This document shows, piece by piece, positions 35,301 through 46,912 of a stretch of 64,000 bases of DNA. The stretch covers positions 62,001 to 126,000 of the forward strand of contig LSRY02000017.1 in assembly GCA_001643675.2 (NCBI GenBank). The letters run 5' to 3'. The stretch is from Monocercomonoides exilis PA203. Taxonomy: Eukaryota; Protista; Preaxostyla. The notes under the pieces are model-generated. The model saw only the letters and a program-made list of their open reading frames with translations. It made no database searches and was not told the DNA's origin. The number at the start of each line of letters is the position of its first letter. Position 1 is the first letter of the stretch. A program made the translations under genes and the position numbers.

Positions 35301-36074
35301 CGCTTTTATGTTGTTAATACACATTTTAATTCGATCCACTTCAAATGTTGCGATAATATTATTGGCTACAATTAAGATTTTCCATGCTTTGGTGCAGTTG
35401 CTTGCATGATCATTGATCAAAAAATCACCAAAAAAAGCACTTCAATTAAATGGGTTAAATCACATTTTATCCCATAAAAGAAGAATGTAACAACATCGAT
35501 AATCATTTTCTTTGTAAATTTCCTTGTAATTTTTCCCCAAGTCAAGATTGTTGCAAAGATATTTCCGAGATAGAAAAAAGAGAAATTTTATTTTTTGAAA
35601 ACTTTGAATATCAAAGTCAAGTTAAAAAAAGCTAGACGTTTTTTGAAGGATAATAATTTATTAATGTGTGATACCTCAATTACATTGATGAATGTTTGAA
35701 TAGAAATGTGTGTTGGGCGTAAAAACTTTCTTAAGTTCCAAGAGCTTATATCAAAGACTAAAATGTTGAGTGCGCTTTCTTGATGAAATGTTTCTTAAAA
35801 ATTGGAAAATTTTAACATGGAAGGACTCGACTGTTTGAAGGAAAAACTTATGTTGATCAATATATACCCATTGAAAATTATTATTTTATCATCACATATT
35901 GGCCTTTTATTTGTGCGAATATGGATGTTATTGATGCAAAAGATACCTGCACACATTTACGAAGTTTCATTTTAAAAGGAAATCCGAATAATTTTTTTAA
36001 TTCGTAATTTGCGAACTGCATTTATTCATTAATTCATTCGCAAAGCGTAGTCAGCAACAACAGAAAGATCCATT

Positions 36075-39000
36075 ATGTCGTTGAACCTCTCTGAGTTTAT
36101 TATAAAACGATTGGTTAATGTTGGAGTTCGAACTATATTTGGAGTGCCAGGTTTATACATGGAATTGCAACTTAAAACAATAATTTTTTCTTGATGTTTA
36201 GGTGATTTTGTGATGCATTTTATGGACAGAATTATAGCATCGCCAGATCTGACTTTTGTTCCATGTTGTAACGAGGTGATGAAATATTTTCTATATTTTG
36301 AAAGTGAATAGTAAAAATTCACATTTTTGAAAATATTTTTGATATGTGTAGCTAAATGCTTCTTATGCAGCGGATGCATATGCTCGAACATCTGTAAATG
36401 GAGTCGGCTGTTTATGTGTAACTACTGGAGTAGGTTCAATGAGCGCTCTTAATGGAGTGGCAATGTCCTATGCTGAACATGTACCTGTTGTTGTTATTTC
36501 TGGAACACCATTTATCCAAGATACAGAAAAAGCCAGATCAGGACGTATATTGCTTCACCACACCACAGGAACTGATACGTCAATGTCATGGGAAGCGTCT
36601 GTGTATTCAAATGTGACGTGCGATGTTGTTTCTTTATCCACATCTCCACTTGAAAATTGTCTTCATCTTGACTCTGCATTCCAGCGATGCGTCAGAGAAA
36701 GGCGTCCAATCTTTATCCAGATCCCAGTTGACCTGGCTGTAATGCCTCTTCCTGCTCCGATGGTCAACCCAGAGCGACTGCTGGATAGAAATTTCCGTCA
36801 AGAAGTGACAGAGATTGAGCGAACGGGAGGAAATGCAGATCAGCTGGAACAAGCTGTGCAGTGGATTGTGAAGCGCGTGATGGAGCGCGGAAACGGAGTC
36901 GGGAAGCAGGCAATGATCGGCGAGCAAGGGGGAGTGATGGCTGTGCTGGGAGTGGAGTTCCAGAGGTATTACGAGCCAGACGATGATGTACGTATTGACT
37001 TTGCAGAGCTTGTGCAGAAGGCAGAGATTCCGTTTGTGACTACGCCGATGGGGCGGTGTGTCCTGTCTGAGGAAAGCGGGCTGTTTGTGGGACCGTTCAA
37101 TGGAGAGAAAGATGACTGCTTCCACATTGGACAGGCAGTCTCCTCTGCTGGTGTTGTGCTGTCGCTGGGAGGGAAAATGATTGATGTGGATATGACGTCG
37201 CTGCAGAACAGCGAGAACTGGGTGTGGATAGGCGACAACATGGTGCAGTGTGCAGGAGAGGCGCTCTTCAAGGACGTGCCGATGAAGCGTGTGTTGAAGA
37301 GACTCAGCACCGTCCTGCCGCTGGTGATGAAGAAAGGAGGGAAGACGATGCCAGAGGGTGTTGGGGTGCATTCGAAGAGGGCGATTGAAAGAAGACTGGA
37401 GAAAGGAAGAGAGGAGAAGAAGAAAGTTGCAGCTGCTCCAGGAGATTATGAGAAAGTGATGGACGGAACAAATGCAATGGATGCTATGATGACAAGAGTG
37501 CCTGAAAAGTATGTTTTTTCTATTGCACTAGATTTTTTATTGGATAATCGAATTTTTTTAATGATTATTTTTATTTTTTCTCTTTCTTCATTCTTCAGCA
37601 CAATAGTTGTTTGCGATACAGGCGATGTGTACTTCCGCCTTGACGGCTATCGCTTGCCACGTGGCAGTCAGTTCGTGTCCAATGCATTTTACAAGTCAAT
37701 CGGCTATTCACTTCCAGCTGGTGTTGGTGTGACATTTGCTGAGAAGGATCGAGTGGCTCTTCTGAAAATGCCAAAGGACAAATGGTTTGTTGCCACATGT
37801 ACACAGGAGCATGAGCAACCACAGCAGAAAGATCAACAACAACAACAGCGATTGTCTGTTTCTCCATCTCCAGACACATCTGCCAATCCCTCTCCAATGA
37901 CAACAGCATCCCCATCCTCCACATCTTCTCCTTCATCTTCATTGCCATCTGACTCAGTCGCCCTTCTGCTTTCACAGAGCCCCGTGCCAGCGCCTGTGCT
38001 TGTGGTGACAGGAGACGGTGCGCTGCAGATGACAATACAGGAAATGTCGACGATGCTCCGCCATTCGTGCCAGATGTGTGTGTTCATCTGGAACAACAGA
38101 GAATATCTCATCGAAAAGGCGCTCCACAAAGAAGGGCTCATCTACAACGACCTGCACAGCTGGCGCTATGCCGAAGGAGGACGGTTCTTCTGCGCCACAG
38201 ACAGCGCCAATGAGCACACTCAGAGCAGCTCCAAGCAGATGAGCGAGAGCCAGGCAGAGCCATATGATGTGATTGAGACTGTTGACAAGAACGGAGAGAC
38301 GGCAAACTACTTCACACCCTCTGGCCACAAAGTCAGCTGGCAGGCGTCTCCTTCGTCGTCTGGGGAATTTGAGACACTGCATCTCCCTGCCCCGCGCTTC
38401 CTGCATCATCATCGGGCATTTCTGGATCATCTGCTCAAGCACCACCCACTGCACCCACCTTGCGATGCACTCAACTCTCCTGTTCTTTCAACAGGCAGTG
38501 CTTCATCATCATCAACTTCTTCTTCTTCTTCAAATTCCTCTGTTGCCTCTGATTCGAGCTCTGCGATTCGTCAGAAGCCACTCGTGCAGAGCTGCCGTGT
38601 GGAAGTGCTTGATGATCTTGAGCATGCTATTTCTGTGATCTTCGGGAAGAGAACAGAAAGTGCTGCCAATGTGCAGCTGAGAGGCCCATCCATCATCGAA
38701 GTGTCGCTGAGCAGTCACGACATGGATCCACGATTGGTTTGCCACTTTCTATTTAACTTGTCTTTTTTTTTTTTTACAATTCTTTTTGAATTTTTTTGTT
38801 CTTTCTTTCTTTCATTTTCATTTAAAATGTGCGCAAATAAAATAAATGTATATATTTGAATGCATTTTCCGTCCTAACAGAAAGAGTGGGGCAAAATGAT
38901 CCATTCGAAGATGGATCGGATGCAGCAGAACATTTGCGATCTTGTGATGAAGCGCAACGGTCTGATGTCGCTGGAGCAGAAGGACGAAGGCAGGACAGTT

Positions 39001-39192
39001 GTGGCAGAGCCGGGCGTGATAATCGACGAGGAGAAAATCAGAAGAGCACAAAAAGGGCAAAATGAACTCGGAGGGATGGTTGGATCGTCCACTGAAGTGC
39101 ATCCACCACATGAAAAGCCCACTGAAAGTCCTTCTCCTTCCAGAAAGCGCGATGCTGATGCTGAGGCTAAAGGAATCTTCTATCCATACTAA
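36075..39192 (+). CDS. PDC: Thiamine-diphosphate-dependent pyruvate/indolepyruvate decarboxylase, 5 exons (introns 36151-36201, 36276-36351, 37509-37598, 38737-38880)
   Basis: Spliced N-terminus MSLNLSEFIIKRLVNVGVRTIFGVPG|DFVMHF...CCNE|LNASYAADAYAR...TTGVGSMSALNG..SYAEHVPVVVISG..LLHHT, plus SIGYSLPA and the ThDP motif GDGALQMTIQEMST...WNNREYLIE. Confidence 0.9.
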
Positions 39193-39846
39193 TTCAAAGG
39201 TGGCTTGCATATTTGTGATTATATTCAGTATATTAGAGCAAGAAAACTTATCTTTTTTTTGTGCAATTTTCCGTTAGGTCATTTGAAATTCTGATGTTTC
39301 TTTTTATGTATCATTGTAACCTTTTGTTTGCATCCTTTTATTATTTCTCATTTTTGTTGCAAGACTGAAATATTATGTATCACCAATCAAAATTTTCAAT
39401 TTCATTCAAGAAACTCTAAATAAAAAAGCCAAAATGTTGTTTAAACAAGAAAACAAGAAAAAAAAACTGAACATTGGCAGCAAAATTCTTTCAAACTTTC
39501 ACAAGTTGTTGAAAGCAATGCTCCAATAAAAATATCTTTCTGAATTCTATGTAATCTTTTTTATTCAAAATTTTTATCTTTCAAAAAAAAGAAAAAACTT
39601 TTCATCTAATTTTTAGGGTAAAAAAATTATTTGAATGGAATCATTTATTAATCAGCAGCTACTTGCTCTTTTTCTTCATCATCGCTTTCAGTATCATTGC
39701 TTTGTCTGATTTCATCTCACTCTTTTTTGCATTGTGCTTCATCTAAGTTCAAAGTCATTTTCGCCAATGATACATATTTATAAATTTATAAATAAAAAGA
39801 AGATTACACAAAATATTTTACTACAAAATTAAGAAAAATTAAAAAA

Positions 39847-41238
39847 TTAAATGCAAACACTTCCTGCTTTTGTCGAAAACTGCTTTTGTGACGATTCACC
39901 TTCAACAACTTTGATCACAGATGGAATAGCTGGATGCGTTTCTTCCATTGCATGAGATGCCTTCTCGTTCTTTTCTTCTTCTTCTTCTTCTTCTTTCTTT
40001 TTCTCTTCTAATGCGTCTTCCTTCGCATTTTCTGCTTTCTCTTTCGCCTCTTGCTTCAGCTCTGCTCTTCTCAGCATCGACTTCCGCTTTTCATAAGAGC
40101 TGATCTTTGAACCGTTCAAAACAGTAACTTTACTCAGCACAATAAACACAGCTACTCGTAACCGCCTTTCTCTCACCATTTCTTCTGTCTCTTCTGGCGG
40201 TGCCCAAAGTTTTGTTACATCATCTGGCACAGGCTGAGAAGAAGTCATTGAAGAGGATGATGCAAAGGGTGATGTAGAACAAGATGAGGATAAGGATGAA
40301 GATGAAGATGAAGATGGTACCGAGGAAGATGACGAAGTTCCAGATGAAAGTGTTAAGTGTGAAGGAGGATCACGAAGCATTATTGGATTATGAGAAATGC
40401 GAAGCTTTGAAAGGAGAGGAAGCTTATTCAATTCATATATTGATTCCCAATCATTGATTAAGTTATTGCTAATCCACAATTCTTCTAGTTGAGAGAAATA
40501 TTTATCTTCTGAAAATGTAAAAGTTGATGAAGTTGGAGTTGATGAATTCATAATCTTGTACGGTTCTTCTGGAAATCGAATTTGCGTTATTTTATTGCTT
40601 GTTAAAAAGAGTTGAGAGAGATGTGGCAGTGCGCTAAGTTTTAAGATTTCATTCCAATCAGATATTGAATTCTGATCAAGATACAATGATTTCAATTGTT
40701 TAAATCCTCCTGCTAGAATGTCCTTCTCTGCTATTTCAATAACATCTATTAAATTTGATGTCAACGTTAGACTCTCAAGATTGGGCATTGCTGATAAAGA
40801 TTGAATGTCTGTCCATTTTAGCGAGCAAGAGCACAGAGATAAATTTTTAAGATTTGACTTTGAGCCAAATTCAAGGGGAATAGGGGAATCAAATTTTATG
40901 TTACTAACAGTTAAGTCCTCCAATTTGTTCAATTGCTTAAGAATATCCTCGATAAAGTTCCAATTTATTCCTGAAACGCTAATGAGCGTTAATGATTTCA
41001 ACATAGGAAAATTTGAGTCCAGATCTCCTGTTTCCGTAAACTCTGCACTTTCAATGCTTGCAGTTGTCAATTTTTCGTGCATTTGCCATTTATTAATTTT
41101 ATCTTCACCAACAAATTCAATCTTTTTTGTCTTTTCTCCGGTCGTACAAACAAACAGTGTTTCCGGATTTGTTTCAGTGTCTTTCGTTCCATATTTCCTT
41201 AGTAAATGATCACACAAATTTTCAACCTTTGAATTCAT
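39847..41238 (-). CDS. Tubulin-folding cofactor E-like leucine-rich repeat protein; may have a short final exon at ~39650-39745
   Basis: LLRKYG...KKIEFVGEDKI, LRR units (LESLTLTSNLI, LKSLYLDQNSISDWNEILKLSALPHL, LWISNNLINDWESIYELNKLPLL), an LRISHNP cap and VLNGSKISSYEKR all resemble TBCE/TBCEL. Confidence 0.8.
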   Translation of the reverse strand: MNSKVENLCDHLLRKYGTKDTETNPETLFVCTTGEKTKKIEFVGEDKINKWQMHEKLTTASIESAEFTETGDLDSNFPMLKSLTLISVSGINWNFIEDILKQLNKLEDLTVSNIKFDSPIPLEFGSKSNLKNLSLCSCSLKWTDIQSLSAMPNLESLTLTSNLIDVIEIAEKDILAGGFKQLKSLYLDQNSISDWNEILKLSALPHLSQLFLTSNKITQIRFPEEPYKIMNSSTPTSSTFTFSEDKYFSQLEELWISNNLINDWESIYELNKLPLLSKLRISHNPIMLRDPPSHLTLSSGTSSSSSVPSSSSSSSLSSSCSTSPFASSSSMTSSQPVPDDVTKLWAPPEETEEMVRERRLRVAVFIVLSKVTVLNGSKISSYEKRKSMLRRAELKQEAKEKAENAKEDALEEKKKEEEEEEEKNEKASHAMEETHPAIPSVIKVVEGESSQKQFSTKAGSVCI

Positions 41239-41451
41239 TTATTATCAAAAAAAATTGTATCCGTTGTTTTCAAAAAAACAAAGATTATTAAAAAATCAAA
41301 TAAAAATATATGGGTATGTATTTGGCTTTTTGAAAGCATTTTTCTTTGGAACAACTTCAACAAAATATTTCAGTAAAAATTTTGCAAAAATGTACCTTTT
41401 GAACAAACGTTTTTTTTCGACTGGATGAAGAAGGTTATTTGCCTTGATAAG

Positions 41452-43861
41452 ATTGCATATTGGACTGGCATTTTTCCATGCTCTGGTGCAAGAAAGAAAG
41501 AAGTATGGTGCACTCGGCTGGAACATCCAATATGAGTTCAATGAAAGCGACTATGAGATATCCATCAGCCATCTTCGGCTGTATCTGACAACAGGCAGCA
41601 GTGGAGCCGGAAATGGCAACAGCGGGAGTGGGATTGGGGCAGGAAATGAGAAGGAAAAGGAAGGGGACATTCCGTGGAAAGCACTGAGATACATGACAGG
41701 AGTGGTGAACTATGGCGGGCGTGTGACTGATGAGTGGGACAAGCGAACGCTGATGGCGCTTCTGCGGCGGTTTTACGAAGAAAGCATTGTGATTCCAGGA
41801 AAGCCATATGATCTGGGTGCACCGCGTGTTGGGCAGACAACACTGACGCGGCAGGCTTCGTGTGTGGAACAAGAGCCTGCTGACAACTCAGCCTCTGCAG
41901 CTGTCCTTCCTCAGCACACTTCGCCACTGCCATCTCCAACCACATCACCATTGCCAATTCCAATGCCAATGCCACTTCAGATGCCGATGCTTTCACCTCA
42001 TGTCTCCGCAAACTCGATGGCATCCTCTTTGTCTGTGTCAAGTTCTGGCCAGCTGCCATCACTTGCAGCCATTGGGAGATCAAAGAGCTATGTGAGCACC
42101 GCTGGGTATGTGGCTGCATACAAAAGAAACAGATATCTTCTTCCGTCTGATCTGAAGACGCTTTCGCAGCTGCTTCAGTTTGTGGAACGCCTGCCATCCA
42201 CCGATGAGCCAGAGCTGTTTGGGATGCACAGCAATGCCGAGCAGGCCTTCCAACAGAGCGAAACAGAGCGGATGCTCCAGGCGTTGATAACAATGACACC
42301 ACGATCTGCCGCTGGCACCGAATGCCCCACTCTCTCTCCATCTCCGCTGTGCACTCTGCCTCAGTCACCGCTTGCTGTGTCTTCACCCTCATTCCGCAAT
42401 GCCACCCCAGTAACTGTTGGAACTCCACAGCAATCCTGCAAACGCGATGGAAAGGCGACTGAGGCAGCAGACAAAAGCAGATCGAAAGAGCATCTCCCTA
42501 TTTCACAGCAGAGATTATCAGTGAAGAGCCTCTCCACCAAACCATCTGATCGGTCACCATCTCCGAGCAATGCATCTAATTCCAGCGAGAAGGCACCCTT
42601 GAAAGCGATTGGGGAGCTGCTGAGGACAAAGAAGACAGCTGACGAGGAGGTGCTGGAGCTGGCGAAGGAAATCCTGCAGAAGCTGCCTCCGCTGCTGGAT
42701 CGGTCAGAGGCAGCAGAAGGGGTGCTGCCGCAGTTTGTGTGCGCAGGCGAGAAGGAAAGCACAAAGCGAGGCAGAACGGACGAAGCAGCAAAGAGAGAGC
42801 ACGAGCTGTCTGGTGCTGCACCAACAGGATCGTCTCAGCTGCGTTTGTGGAGTGGGAGCGAAGGGAAGGTTGGAGAAAGCGGACTCCACCCATCGACAGC
42901 AGCGAGTGTGAATTCGCTGTCGATTGTGCTGTCGCAGGAGATGGAACGATTCAACAGGCTGCTGCAGCTGATGGGCTCGACGTTGCGGGAGCTGGAGAAG
43001 GGGATTGCGGGGATGGTGGTGATGTCACAGCAGGTGGAGGAGGTGTACGATGCGATGCTGAAGCACACAGTGCCAGGGGTGTGGCGGGCAAGTGCGTATC
43101 CATCGCTGCTGAAGCTCGGAGCATGGGTGGACGATGTTATGCGGAGAGTTGCATTCTTCCGGTGCTGGCTGCGTGAAGGTGTGCCGAAGGTGTTCTGGCT
43201 GCCTGGCTTTTTCTATCCGCAGGGCTTTCTCACAGCTGTGCTGCAGACATATGCCAGGAAGCGCCGCGTAGCCATCGACACACTCCGCTTCCGCCACACG
43301 CCTCTTCTCTCGCCCGATGACAAGATATGCTCCGTCCAATCATCGTCTTTGTCATCGTCTTCTTCCTCGTCGTATGCAACCTCCTTTCCCTCTTCTTCAA
43401 CATCTGTGACGCTGCCATCATCGCTGTCTGTCTCATCTGCCATCTCCACATTCACCTCTCCACCCTCGGCTTACTCTTACAACATGCTGTCGCTGTCAGC
43501 AAGTGCCGCATCCTCTTCTGCGCTGGGCGCTCCTCCAGACGGTGTTCTCGTGTCAGGCCTGTTTGTTGAAGGAGCGCGGTGGGACTTTGCGACGATGCAG
43601 CTGGCAGAAGCACTGCCAGGGGAAATGTATGCAGCGATGCCTGTGATCCACTTTGTGCCTCAGAAGGACTACAGCCCCCCGCCAGCATGCTATGTTGCTC
43701 CACTCTACAAGACTGCCCAGCGCCAGGGGCAGCTGTCGACGACTGGGCAGTCCACCAACTTCATCACCACTGTTGTGCTCAGCACACTCCTCCCTGCCGA
43801 CCACTGGATCCTTCGCGGGGTGGCGCTGCTGTGTGAACCCAAAATGCTTTCTGACAGCTGA
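41452..43861 (+). CDS. Axonemal (inner-arm-type) dynein heavy chain, C-terminal fragment only (AAA6 lid plus C-terminal domain)
   Basis: GLAFFHALVQERKKYGALGWNIQYEFNESD, IPWKALRY..NYGGRVTD, PELFGMHSNA, QEMERFNRLL, FWLPGFFYPQGFLTAVLQ, GLFVEGARWD, PLYKT..GQLSTTGQSTNF and HWILRGVALLC. There is an in-frame TGA at 41426, and an acceptor-like TTGATAAG ends at 41451. Confidence 0.92.
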
Positions 43862-45059
43862 AACACACTTCAAGCAATTCACGTTTGAGCAGCCCGAATG
43901 TCACGGATAACATTATGCATTTATAACAGTCTTCATTTACCATGTTTTTTATGTTTCTTTCCGTTTGTGTGTGTATGTGTGTATGTAATCTTGATATGTT
44001 GGCATGTTTTATGTGCAATTGGCGTTTCATTTCCTTCGTATTTCTTTCTTTTTTTTTTTTTTTTCCATTTCCATGTTTGATGTAGTTATTACAATCTTTT
44101 CCTTTTGGACAAAAACTCCTTTTTATATCATTGCAAAGGTTTTTGTGTGTGAATTGACAATCTGGAAATAACAATTGAAAAACGAAAAAAAAGAGATTCG
44201 AACACAACAAAGAAAGTTTTCCCCTTTATTGCTCTGAACCAAGTGAACAGAATTGGGTAAGATGAAACATATTGGGTCCAGATTTTTTCTGTGAAATAAA
44301 ATGAATATTTCACCGAATTTTACAAACTCATATGAAAACATACTTTTAATGATGTTTTTTGTTTTGAAAATTTATGTTTTTTATAGAATAATCCTATCTG
44401 AACTTTGTTATTAAATCTTTTTCACTCAAAAGGGAACACAAATTTTTTCAAATTTTTTTGTGAATTATGAAAAGAAAACAATAAAATTGGTAAAATATCT
44501 TTTGATTGAGTTAATAACAACAATTGTTTAGAGGATTTAATGATTATAGAAAAACAAATAAGGAACAACGTTTGAGAATGAAGAAAAAACTTAATATTTC
44601 TGTCAATTTTTTTAAAAATTCCGGTTCTTTTTTTGATAATGAAACTGAAATTCAGTACTAATTTGTGAATTGTTTAAACTTAAAATCAGGTTTATTAATC
44701 GAATCATCAATCATGATTTATTTTATTTAAAATAATTCGAGATGATTTCTATGAAAATTTTCGGACCCAATAAGTTACACTTTAGCCAGAATTGCCGTTA
44801 ATTCTCTATTGCACAATTTTTACAGATATTTCTCATTTCCATTAAAAATTTCCCAAACGTAATCATCATGTTCCCATAATAAAAACAATTGTTGTCATTT
44901 ATTTCGTAGTAAAGCACAATTTATTGTGCTTTTCGAGTTGATCATAAATGGGACCGTCCCAGGTTTGCAAGTTTTTATTGAAGTTGTTGTTCCACTGAGC
45001 TTATTGTTTCTCAATTTGGGGAATAATATTTTTTAATAACAATACTAATTTAGTTGTTT

Positions 45060-46507
45060 ATGTATGATTCCTTTGAGAAAAAACTGAAAACTCCTTTGAC
45101 AAAAAGCTTTGAAAGTTTGTTTGTGTAGTTTGCGTTTGTTGGTTTTGATGCTTTGATTTTCCTGCTCGTTGTCTTCGAAGAATTTCTTACTCAGTTGAAG
45201 TGGAGTTCGGCTGCTGACCAACGACTGAAAATTAAAGAAATGAATTTGATGTTCGGCAAAATGGATAGAGATGAGCTTGATGCTATTTTGTCATTGAAAA
45301 CATTCAATGAAATAGACAGAATGATCGAAGAAAAGAAATTGTCAATTGAAAATGCCCTTCTGTTATTGAAGCATCTTGCGCATTACAAAATGATGACGTA
45401 TGTGTATGTTGAAAGTTTTCCGCATTCTTCGCTGTGTTATACGTTGGAGAAGTTGATTTTTGATGAAATGAATAAGAAAGAAGAGAAGAATGTGAAATTG
45501 CTCGCTGATCTTTGTGCATGCTTTTTCACTATGAATGATGAAAGAGCATATGATGAACCAGTTCCTGCTTTTGCATCATATCTTCTGAACGTTGTGTTAA
45601 ACAAAAAGGAAAATGAAGAAGTGCAAAATGAAGAGGAATTTGCTTTTCCGACTTTGAGCAACGCAAGGCAAGTGGTATGAACACAGTCATGCTATTTATG
45701 GCGTTACTGGATAGTTTTTGTTTGATGAAATAGGTGAAGGGGAATGAATGTCGCTCAAATGAGATTTCAGAAACCGTAAGATATCAAAAGGATCATCACA
45801 ACCTTGCACATCTTGCCTGTGAGTCTTCTTGGAGAGTTTTGATTGAACAATCTATGATTCGGATTCGCTTTGAAAAAGCAGATTTTGGCGAGTTGAAGTT
45901 TGTGGATGATGCAACAAGAGAATTGGACGAACTTGAAAGAAAAATGGACTGGAAGAAAAAAGAAGGGGAAGTGAAAGAGATAAATGAAGTGTTGATGATT
46001 ATGAGGTGGTGCTACGACATCGGAAAGTATTTTTTGGTCAGTCAGCTGAACAGAAATGAGTTCAGTCAACTGATCAAATCTGCTGAAAGAATGTACAAAT
46101 CAGCAAGGAGCAATCACGCTGATGTTCTTTGTCATTTGATTTATGTTTTTGAAGAGATTGCTTTGAGAAGCGGACCAAATATTGACTGTTTGCTGAAAGA
46201 AGGTGTTGTTGATTTAATGCTGGAAGAATTGAATCAGCCAGAATTGAAGTTGATATTAGTGCACTCGTGCATGACCTTCTTTTCTGCACTCACAAGAGAA
46301 TTGAATAAAGACACAGCAAATGCGTTTGTAAAAGAAAGCGAATGGAAAAGCGCTGAAACAAAAAGGAAGACAATAAAAAAAGAGGTTCACGAAAAATTAG
46401 AGGAAGAGGGTTACGAAGACGCTATCATCAAAATACACTTCTTGATGCGTCCAAAAATGGACATTTCCCGCTTTGCATCGGAATTGCAAAAGCAGTTTCT
46501 TGTTTGA
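45060..46507 (+). CDS. Member of a lineage-specific multicopy alpha-helical protein family, 3 exons (introns ~45115-45180, 45675-45733)
   Basis: GT-AG introns join the two track ORFs in frame (ARQV|VKGNE). Motifs IDRMIEEKKLSIENALLLLKH, LLADLCACF and EKLEEEGYED resemble an expanded uncharacterised Monocercomonoides family (recognised from memory, not searched). Confidence 0.7.
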
Positions 46508-46912
46508 GAGTCTGTTTATTGCTTTCAATTTATGAAATGCATTTGACTTAATTTGTCAAACGATCAAGATTAATTTGAGCTTGCGTATTAAAAAATTGTT
46601 AACATGATGAATATTTTAATTCTCCGAATCTGTATTAAAACAAGAAATTCGATTCCATGATTTATATAATGGAGTATTTTTTTCTATTTGCTTTTTGATA
46701 CAAAAAAACTTTTTTTATATTCATGTCAAATAATAATTATAAAACGAAGAGCAAAAATTAATTTCAACAAATCGTGCAAATGCATATCAGTGCTTTGAGG
46801 AGCACAAAGGCAAAAATAATTGATTATAGTAATTTCATAACAAGCAGGACAGTAGAGGAAAAAACTTTATTTTGTGTTTATGAAAGCCACATATAAGTTG
46901 TGGGTATTGATC

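Noticed and set aside
41390-41452. In-frame ATG at 41390 with a single TGA at 41426 before the dynein ORF, suggesting readthrough or selenocysteine
   Set aside because: The upstream peptide MYLLNKRFFSTG is not dynein-like and no SECIS is evident. A splice acceptor at 41451 is the simpler explanation.
45153-46507. Two adjacent ORFs read as a broken pseudogene
   Set aside because: A canonical 59-nt GT-AG intron (45675-45733) joins them in frame.
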